Below, piece by piece: positions 55,244 through 64,000 of a stretch of DNA of 64,000 nucleotides. This stretch comes from the human T2T-CHM13v2.0 reference genome, Homo sapiens: NCBI RefSeq assembly GCF_009914755.1, contig NC_060944.1; one strand, written 5' to 3'. Position 1 is the first letter of the stretch. Each line of letters begins with the position of its first letter. The notes under the pieces are model-generated. The model worked only from the letters and a program-made list of their open reading frames with translations. It did no database searches and was not told the DNA's origin. Both the position numbers and the translations under genes were made by a program.

Positions 55244-55994
55244 CTGAAATAAACAAATAAAAATTCAGAAGTGAGAAAGTGGAAAAGCCAGATCTTTTTT
55301 TTAATGTTTTTTGTATTTTACTAAGCAGATTTATGACTGAAAGAAAAACATTTTAAGCATTTTATCCTCCTCTGTTTTAAATAACTATTGTGGGTTTTTT
55401 TTTTTCAGAAAATTATTTAAATACACTGGCTCTAGTTAAAATAACTTGGTTTTGATTCATATATTAATAGTTAAAGTAAATATTTTGAACTTTCCCATGA
55501 ATAAGTACAATTTAGTTAGTCAAGACTTTATTATTTTATGAATTATATAAAAATATTGTTCTCTTTCATTCATGAAGGGAAGGAGAATCTGGTCATCTAG
55601 TTGGCCAGTGCATATAATCCACTCAGCTGATGTAGATATCTGAGTGTTTATGTCAGGCAAATGTGCTCCAGGAGGCTGGGATAAAGCCACGGATGTGGCC
55701 TCCATGTGGCTCAGCACTTGAGATGCCAGGACGCGCTGCCAACACCTGGGAATAATAGAGAATGCGAATACCTCCCAGATTATCATAGTATATAAACCAC
55801 TCCCTGGGAGTAAATCAGGAACCTTGTTCATGTGCTTTCACCCTTTCCAGACTCCTGGGTACCTTTTAATGATCACTTCTGTAGTGTATTGCAGGATACT
55901 CTGGCAACAACTTGAAGGCCTTAATGTGACTGCCACAACTGCCTCGTAAGTTTTCAGTATTGGAGGATTATATCTTAGAGAGTCTGTTTAAAAG

Positions 55995-56299
55995 CCAGTC
56001 ACTCAAATACCTACAAGGTCCAGGTGGTAGCACATGAGTGAAACTCGCACTGGGTACCATAGTGAAAGGGAAAACTTGGCCTGCTTAAAGAGGGCAGCTG
56101 TTTCTCTGCTCCAGTGAATGGTACCAGGTCAGAATGTGGGCTCAGAGTTATCACTTCTTCTTGCCTTTAAGAAGAAGCTGGAAGTTCAGATTTTTTGTTG
56201 GTGAAATCTCCTGAATCTTAAATACTGGCAAATTTACTTCAAATTAAGAAAGACTGTACCAGCTAAATACGTCTGTGGGTCATCAGTTTGTGAATTCTG
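55995..56299. mobile_element. MER102 hAT-Charlie element
   Basis: caaatacctacaagg..gaatgtgggctcagag..agaagctggaagttcagatttt..gtgaaatctcc. Confidence 0.75.
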
Positions 56300-56632
56300 A
56301 AGGAGAATCCAAAAATATATTAATGTGCTTCAACAGGTAAATTTTCTGTTGACTTTAGTTGGTTATGAGCCACAGGGCCTGGGGTTCTGGCTCTAAATTT
56401 CTACATAGGAAAAGCCCTGTGTTTCCTGTGGACTTGCTATCTCCTATCCTACCATTTCTCTATCATGGCAAAGATGTCCATGGACTTCAGAAGTTCTATT
56501 GAGAGTTTCGAGGAAATCTCAGACCTCTCATCCTTTGTGTTTCTTTCCTGGTAAAATGGAGATTGCTGGGGTCCAGGCCTTCAGGGTAGAGGACACATCT
56601 GTATACAACACATTGTTTTCCTTTCTAGTTGA

Positions 56633-56995
56633 TGCATTAGTCAGTGTAGGCTAGGCTGTGCCATATAACAAACTCACGTGGAATGTTCAGTGACTAGACA
56701 CACAGAGACTTTATCCCTTGCTCTTACCCTATGTCTAACAGTGTGTGTCAACACCGTTGGCTGCTCAGTGACCTACACTAACAAATGGCTTATTTCTCTG
56801 TGATGCTGCCACCCTCAACATAGGGCCTCTAGGGACTTCATGGCTTAGGAAGAGAGCAGTAGCAGGGCACATCAGTTTTGTTCAGAAGTGATGCATATTA
56901 CTCATGCTTATGGCCCTTTGATCAGAGCTAGTCATGTAGTTCCAAATGAACTGCAAGAGAGGCTGGGAAACTCAAGGTCACACATAAGATAAATA
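56633..56995 (-). mobile_element. MLT1I/J-like MaLR LTR
   Basis: tgcattagtcag..aggctaggct..cagaagtgatgcat..agctagtcatg..aactgcaagagaggctgggaaa. Confidence 0.7.
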
Positions 56996-57554
56996 TCTCA
57001 CAGGAGATATGTGCTCCTACAATGATGTTTTCCTGACCATCAAACTCAGACTTGGGGCTCCTGTTAATAAGCAACTATAGATGGTTTTAGCCCCAGTCTT
57101 TCCTAGATGCCAAGATCAGTCTCTATGGGTATGATCTGTAAGTTATCAGAAGAATCTTCTAGCTTAAGTCTTGTGAATACAGGTTGGAGCTTGGGAACAC
57201 CAGGATTTTAGAATCCAAAAGATTAAGGGGCCTCCTCATCCACAGCTGCTGTTCCTCTTTCCCTGCCATGTCATGATCACAGCCTGAGAGAAAGGAGACA
57301 AAAAATCTTACTGAAGGCCTTGACCAGCACGTGACTTCCCCCAATAATTCTGAAGTTAGAGTTCAACCAAGAAATTGTAGAGAAGGATGAGGGAGGGTCT
57401 TCTGGTTAACTCCTGCCCTGAATGGTTCTATCCCTCAGTTTCACATTGGTTGATCAGAAGTGTAAGTTTCCACGGTGTATGGGGGCTGTGTAGAAAAGTT
57501 TGCATTTTGGGGGTTTTGTGAATCTTTGTTTTCCTGGAAAAATGTTCACTTTTA

Positions 57555-58612
57555 TTTCTTAATTATTTTTTAATTGACAGATAAAATTGTATATATTTAT
57601 CATGTGTAACAGGATGTTTTGAGTTATATATAAATGCTGTGGAAGGACTAAATCTAGCTAATTAACACAGGTATTATCGTTTTTGTGGTAAGAACACATA
57701 ACTTTAATTCTTTAGCATTTTTTAAGAATACAATCTGTTGTTATTAACTATAGTCACCATGTTGTACGATAGATGTTTAACTTATTCTTTCTATCCAACT
57801 GAAATTTTGTATTCTTTGATCACCCCTCTAGTCCCTGTTCCCCAGCCACCCAAGTCCCTGGTAACCACCATTCTACGCTCTGCTGCGATGAGATCAGATT
57901 TTTTGGATCTGCATATAAGAAGTGAGATCATGCAGCATTTGTTTTTTCTGTGCCGGGCTTATTTTGTTTAGCATTACGTCCTCCAGATTTAGCTATATTT
58001 TGAAGTGGTAGCTTCACAAAGATGTAGACCATTTGTTAGTCTGGGTCACTGAGTAAGCAACCGTGCCGACATACAGTGTTAGACAGGTTCATTCTACTGC
58101 AAATGACAGGATTTCCTTCTTGTATGGCTGAATAGTATTCCATTGTATATATATACCACATTTTATTTATTCGTTCAACTGTTGATGGGCACTTAGGTTG
58201 ATTCCATATCTTGGGTATAGTGAATGATACTGCAATAAATAGGAGACTGCAGATATCTCTTTGACATATTAATTTTATTTCCTTTGGATATCTACTTGGT
58301 AGTGGGATTGCTGGATTATATGGTAGTTTTATTTTTTGAGGAACCTCAAAAAATGTACATATGTTTTCAATTCATATTGAAATTTGTATAATATATGAAA
58401 CAATTCCTATTGTTTTCCGTAATGGCTGTATTAATGTACATTTCCACAGATGGTGTGCAAGGGTTTCCTTTTCTCTACAGCCTTGCCAACACTTGTTGTC
58501 TTTCATATTTTTTATAATAGCCATTCAAGCAAATGTGAGGTTTTAATTTGGTTTTGTGTGGTTTTAATTTGCGTTTTCTTGATGATTAGTGATGTTGAGC
58601 ATTTCTTCATGT
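57555..58612 (-). mobile_element. L1MA (L1MA8/9-like) 3' end, ~1 kb, carrying two non-L1 insertions
   Basis: taattgacagataaaattgtatatatt..agtgagatcatgcag..ggctgaatagtattccattg..gatgattagtgatgttgagcattt. Confidence 0.9.
58000..58085 (-). repeat. Inverted copy of 56732-56818 inserted in L1MA
   Basis: Reverse complement aligns at about 78% over 87 bp. Confidence 0.85.
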
Positions 58613-58749
58613 AGCTCTTAGAATGTTGGCACTTTGAAATAGTTTTAACCAGTCTGAGCAAAGTTCTCTAATATGTACACTGTCACAGATTTATAGGCTT
58701 GGGGATCAGTCTTGATGGGGGACGGAGAATAGAATGACTACAACTCGTA

Positions 58750-59231
58750 TGTACATCTTTTAGTTATGAACGACTGAGAACCCAATTCAAACCAGCTCAA
58801 GCAAGAAAAGAAATTGATTGGCTCTAGCAACTAAAAGTCCAGGGGAAGGACTGGCTCCAGTTACACTTGGATTCAGCACTCAAAACACTGCATTGGCACT
58901 CACACTTTTTCTTTCACTATTGTGTTGTTCTCCATGCTGGCTTTATGTTGAGCCACTACATGTTGGCCCTAGCTTTAGAAATTCTCAGGTTCATTCAAGT
59001 TTAGCAAAAGAAGTATTAGAATCCTTTCTTGCATCCTCAAAAATCCTCAGATTCACTCGAATTGGACCAATTTAGGTCACATGCCCGGCCCTGAAGCAAT
59101 GGCTATGGCTTGTGATGTGGTGATTGGTTTCATAGATCAAACTAAAAAGTAGAGGTTGTTGCCAGATCCACAGACAAAAAAAAGAAAAGAAAAGGAAAAA
59201 AAGGTAGCAGGGGATCAACACATATCCACTA
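58750..59231 (-). mobile_element. MLT1K-like MaLR LTR
   Basis: gagaacccaattcaaaccagctcaagcaag..ggtcacatgcccggccctgaagcaat. Confidence 0.7.
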
Positions 59232-60039
59232 AAGCACTAAAGGGGAAAATAGATAATTACCTCAGTATTTCAATTATTTAACCTTAGTATGTTTTTCTTT
59301 CTACCCACTATTATCATCTTTTCTTGTACCCGCTGGCTTGGGATACTATCTTCAGAATCCCCTAGTAGTTAAAACTCTGCTAAAGAAATTTAACTCTTAA
59401 GGTATATTTTAATCTACAATTGTAGGTCAATACAGAAATACTTTTTACTGAAGCCACTATTTTATTTTTAACATGGTGCTATTTGTACATCTGGAAGCCT
59501 GCAGATAGCTGGAAACAGTTTGGATGTCCTTGAAAGGAAAAATGGTTATAATCTCTGGATTTCTATTTAGATTTATGTAAGTCAAAGAGGTTGAGACAGA
59601 AATGATTATTTTCCAAATATCTTCCCCCATACTTTATTCCTTTTCTTTGGTTTATTTTACAGATGTATCTCTGTAGATAGATGTGTTCCTCTTGAAAATG
59701 TTTGCAGTTTCCCTGTTTTTTCTTTTTTTTTTGGAAATGTTACTTTGTTAGGAAAATACACCCTACTAATTGCATTACAAATATCTAGTTTTATCTTAGT
59801 TATAAACTTTATATTTTAATATTTTTAAGTTTAAAAAGAAGAACTAAACCAGATATTGAGACATTTAGATCCTCATACTGGTGAAAAATTAAATTTTGCT
59901 TCTTGTGCCTCTGTATCTGTAGCAGATAATGGAAGGCATTTGTTTGAGAGGGCCCCAAATGATCACATGAAATATATGGAATAACATTGGCCAGATGAGG
60001 ATGGGAGATGGAACTTGTGTTATTTGAACTTGGAAACAT

Positions 60040-60335
60040 ACTGTTTTCCAAAGTATATTCTTAGAGAACTAATCTGCAAGGATTACTTGGTCAGACAGAT
60101 AGGGGGAAATACGATGCTTTACTTTTCTCTTGAAGACTAAAAATAAACATGTCATTAAGTTTTCTGGCAAGTTCTGTAATTTTTTAAAAAAGTGTTTAAC
60201 ACTAACATCACATTTACGAAACTTATTTTGACCACAGTTTTTTTCCCAAACTTATTTTGACCAGTTTTTTGTTTGTTAGCATGAGCAGCTATTAACATCC
60301 CCTGGAATCAAAGGGCCAACTTTGAGAAATGTGTT
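60040..60335. mobile_element. Old hAT-Charlie-like element with an internal 16-bp duplication
   Basis: Termini tgttttccaaagt / actttgagaaatg; aaacttattttgacca at 60219 and 60248. Confidence 0.5.
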
Positions 60336-61324
60336 CTTCACAGTATTGAAAAAGGAACCCATCATGTATGTTGGTAAACACCCCTTTCACAAAATTTAAA
60401 CTCTTTTCAGTTTAATCAAAAGGAAAGGGAGCTTTTCACTGTACAAATATGATTGAAAGCACTGTATATATTCACTCAGATTTCTCAGGTAAGGGGAAGG
60501 GTATGTATCCTGGAAATGACAGCATGAACACTTGCCAAGCCCTCATATGAATCAGTGTTCACTCTTGTAAATCATAAATCCATTAGCCACCAAGAGAATT
60601 TCTTTGTTTTATTCTCAAATTTGCAATGAAACCTGTTCTTAAAGTAATTCCTTTAGTAATATACTTGTGCAAAGTAAAATCATCTTTAAAATTAACCATT
60701 TCTCATATGTAATTTCCAAAGTTAATTTCTGAAAAGCAGAATATAAAAATTAAAAACAAACTTCAGTGAAGTTCATTGTAATCTGTCTAAGGTTTATTCA
60801 CTCTGATAAGAACTGCTGGTAAATTTAGCTAATTTCTCAGAAGAGCTGAGTCTGAAAATATTTCCTTATAAATTAGTTTATTTGGTTTGTTTATACTAAC
60901 AGTACAGTTATTTTGATATACCTTTAAATTATATTATCTGTACTATGATTTTATATGCTTTTAGTTTAAAATAAGTATTTCGCATGAATGCATGAGAACC
61001 CACACTTATTTTATATTTGAATGTGAAAAGCGATTCTGCTAAAGAAATTCACTGCCAACTTACTGAAATTGATGGAGTGTATGTTTTTAGTCAGCATATT
61101 ATCAAAGTGACATGCAAAGCCTGAGAAAGATGTAGCCCCAGGAGGAAACTTCATCCGAGGACCCTGTAAATGCAAGTAAATCAATTTTTAACTACAGAAA
61201 AATTCAAATTATAAAGACATCTTATCCACATTACCTTATTACAAAATAGAACCAATAATATTTGTATTACCAATAAATTGAAAAGTGCCAGAATGAAAAC
61301 CACAAGAGTACTTTTCAAAACAAT

Positions 61325-61545
61325 ATCATTAAATAATAAAGAAGGCTAATTGCAGAAAATTTGGAACACCGTAAGGCACATAAAGAAATACCCCACCATC
61401 CTAACACCAAAATAACTGCAATGTGTTGGCATAGTTCATTCCAGTCTCACTCATGTTATATTTCACTAAGCCATAAACTATGGTGTTTTCCCATGTCGTT
61501 TTAAACCAAGTGAACATCACTTTTTAATAGCAGCATTATATGCCT
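61325..61545 (-). mobile_element. L1ME-like 3' fragment
   Basis: ttgcagaaaatttggaa..aaataactgc..tttttaatagcagcatta. Confidence 0.45.
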
Positions 61546-63665
61546 TCACATTCCAAAACAAAATAGTATTTTTCTTAATGAAAATATAATGAAAATAAAC
61601 TTTTGTTTCTATTGTTTTGCTTTTTCCCCTGAGAATAAAAGCAAGTTCATTGTAAGAAGGGCTGGCATCAGCTTTTTATAGGAGTACGTGCACAGATTTC
61701 AAATTACTGTGTTCTGTTAGGAATATTTCATAGGAAAATCAGCAAAGGTTTTTCTCTAGTTTCCTTTCCTTAGTTCTCTAATCAAGGCATAGAAAGAAGA
61801 CAGCCTAGGATGAGAGAGGCCAAGAACTCCCTTATAAGTAGTTGTTTGGAAGAAGAGTAGAGGAATTGTAAAACTCAGCCAGATAAACAATTCTATTGAA
61901 GAAGCCTTATCTGCTAGGTAAATCTGAAATGTGTTAAAGTGATTTTACCTAAGCCATACTCCTACCCTTTGGTTCCTTAGGCCTCATCAAGCAACCCCCT
62001 TGTGAGCCTCCCCCTTCTGAATCTCCTTCCCTATTTTCCTGATACTCTCCCCACCACACACCCTTATTCCTCTCCTGCGCTTAGGGAACTCTGGCACTTG
62101 GAATGGTGTAGCCAAACTGTAATCATGCCTTCATAACATTGTATTGACAGGCATCTGTGACAATTTCACTCTCCCACCTGATTCTTAGAGTAATGTTTAA
62201 AAATTTTTGGAATATCCACTCATGTTTCTCTTGAATCTCAACCAATCCAAAAGGTTCAGCTCAGTGTGATTTTGTGTGTGACATTTCCAATAGTTACACA
62301 CCTTAGACCTTGGTCCAGCATGAGGGGATAATTAATAAGTACACTTTTTCTGCGGGTGCTTTTGGCAATACTACTCTTACCACTAATCTCTGAGCATAAT
62401 TGGCTACAAAAAAAATCATGTGCTATTTCATAAAATTCCAAGCATGTGCAGACACCAGGTAGTATCCACCAACTTTGGGCCAATACTGCATACTTGGCAT
62501 GTCATAATGATTTTTTTTTACCCCAGGAAGCCATGCTGAATTCTGGTGATAAAACACAGTGAGAGAAACATCAGCTCTTAATTATTTTCATTAAAAAACA
62601 TAATTCCAAGAACAACTCTGAAATCATCTAGAGTTTGGAATATATTCCAGAGACACACATTCTTTCTCTTTCTTCCTCTCATCTTATAAGATAGGGTTAT
62701 ATTTAGTTGGCTTTTTTCATAAACATGTATTTTACCTGAATTTGAAGATTAAATTTCTTAATATTTATATGAAGAATGTAGACAAGCACTAATGGTGTTT
62801 TGTTCAGTCTGAGGAGAAGAAAGTTAACACACCATGAAAGCATAGGAATGTTTTAGAAGATTTTTAGCTCTCGCAATTGGGAATCTCCTGGTTTAAATTT
62901 CTATCATTTCAGCCTCAGGGCAATCCAAATCATACAGGGCTTGGACTTCATTGCATCAATTCTAATAGTTTTTGCTTTTCTTCCCCATGAAAACCCCCGT
63001 ACTTTCCATGTATTGAGGTGTGGCTTCAGCCTTCAAGGGTCCATTCTCAGTATGCTTGAAATCTGAAGATGAAATGAATTTCATAACTGGAAAATCCAGT
63101 TATCAGGCATGAGCAAATGGCTGCATTTGTTTCAGATTCTTTTGCTAGTCGCTTCATTTTCTTCTAATTTAACAAGGTCATGTATGAAATTAGACTCAGC
63201 TGTTATTTATTTTATTACTGAGCTCCAAGGTATAAATGTTCCTCTCCTATCTAGAAATTTGCTTTCGACTTTCTTTCTCTTTATATGTACGTACCTATAT
63301 CATGTTTTGCAGCCTCCATAGATATAAGCTCAAAGTTAATTTTACCACGTCTTTTACTCATCTAGAAAAGAAAGGTAGCCATTCTCTCCCAGTGAACAAT
63401 CAAATTCTGCTGCCTTGAGGAACAAGTGATCAGAGCATTTCGTTTTAATAGAAAAGCTGTTTTTGTTTTGTTATATTTTTTTCTTGCAAGGTTTGCTTTC
63501 AGAGCTCTTAAATAAGGATCCACTTTCATATTTTCTGCTTGTGATTTGGACTCTGCTTCCGAAATGCATTTGAAGCTGTCTGATAACACAAGGCACATGT
63601 ATTATAACATCATTAAAATAGAAAGTTAAAAGTTGTGGGTGAAGGAAGGCAAACATTTACCAGCA

Positions 63666-63750
63666 GAATGAATGAATACCATGAATGAATGAATACCAAG
63701 AATGAATGAATACCATGCATAAATGAATACCATGGATGAATGAATACCAG
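63666..63750. repeat. 17-bp minisatellite x5
   Basis: gaatgaatgaataccat units at 63666, 63683, 63700, 63717, 63734. Confidence 0.95.
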
Positions 63751-64000
63751 CTCTAGTGAGGACCTAGGGCTAAGCCAGAGATCTTACTGAGAGCCCTGGG
63801 CAGTGGAGGCAGAAAGGAGAAATGATGGATTACTTAGTTCTGGTTGGAGTGGTGCTGGAGTAGGGAAACCTACTGGATCATCAGGAGAGGCAACTTTTCT
63901 ATAGCACTGATTTATGAAAGGCATTTGTAATATGTGTTTTTAAAGATAGGGTAGACTTTGAAATGATTTTAATGATTTTTAAAACATTTCATGGAAGCAT

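Noticed and set aside
63666-63750. Regular repeat arrays as CRISPR-like (also 38529-38634)
   Set aside because: Head-to-tail units with no unique spacers, no cas genes, mammalian context

Overview
Primate, probably human, non-coding DNA: AT-rich (about 39% GC by eye), CpG-depleted, with no CpG island. It is either a long intron or intergenic sequence, and I could not identify the locus. No credible protein-coding ORF, tRNA, rRNA or CRISPR array is present; the listed ORFs are short chance frames or Alu read-throughs. The window holds 16 Alu/FLAM copies, many MIR and L2 relics, old L1M fragments, solo LTRs (THE1, MLT1 family, LTR16) and DNA-transposon fossils (Tigger3, MER3, MER5A, MER20, MER53, MER96, MER102, MADE1). 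Repeat names come from recalled consensus sequences, and the ends of ancient repeats are approximate. The signal not explained by repeat annotation is a set of local copy-and-paste events. A 306-bp segment (34.6 kb) is duplicated at about 94% identity into an L1 relic (39.0 kb). An 86-bp inverted copy of an LTR segment (56.7 kb) sits inside an L1MA (58.0 kb). A ~205-bp duplication (9.8/11.1 kb) has its longest perfectly conserved block on a CTCF-like motif. Several small template-switch scars and microhomology-flanked Alu deletions also occur. A few small exon candidates with good splice signals (best: 1760-1810 and 55197-55243, both minus strand) and several enhancer-like unique blocks are noted.
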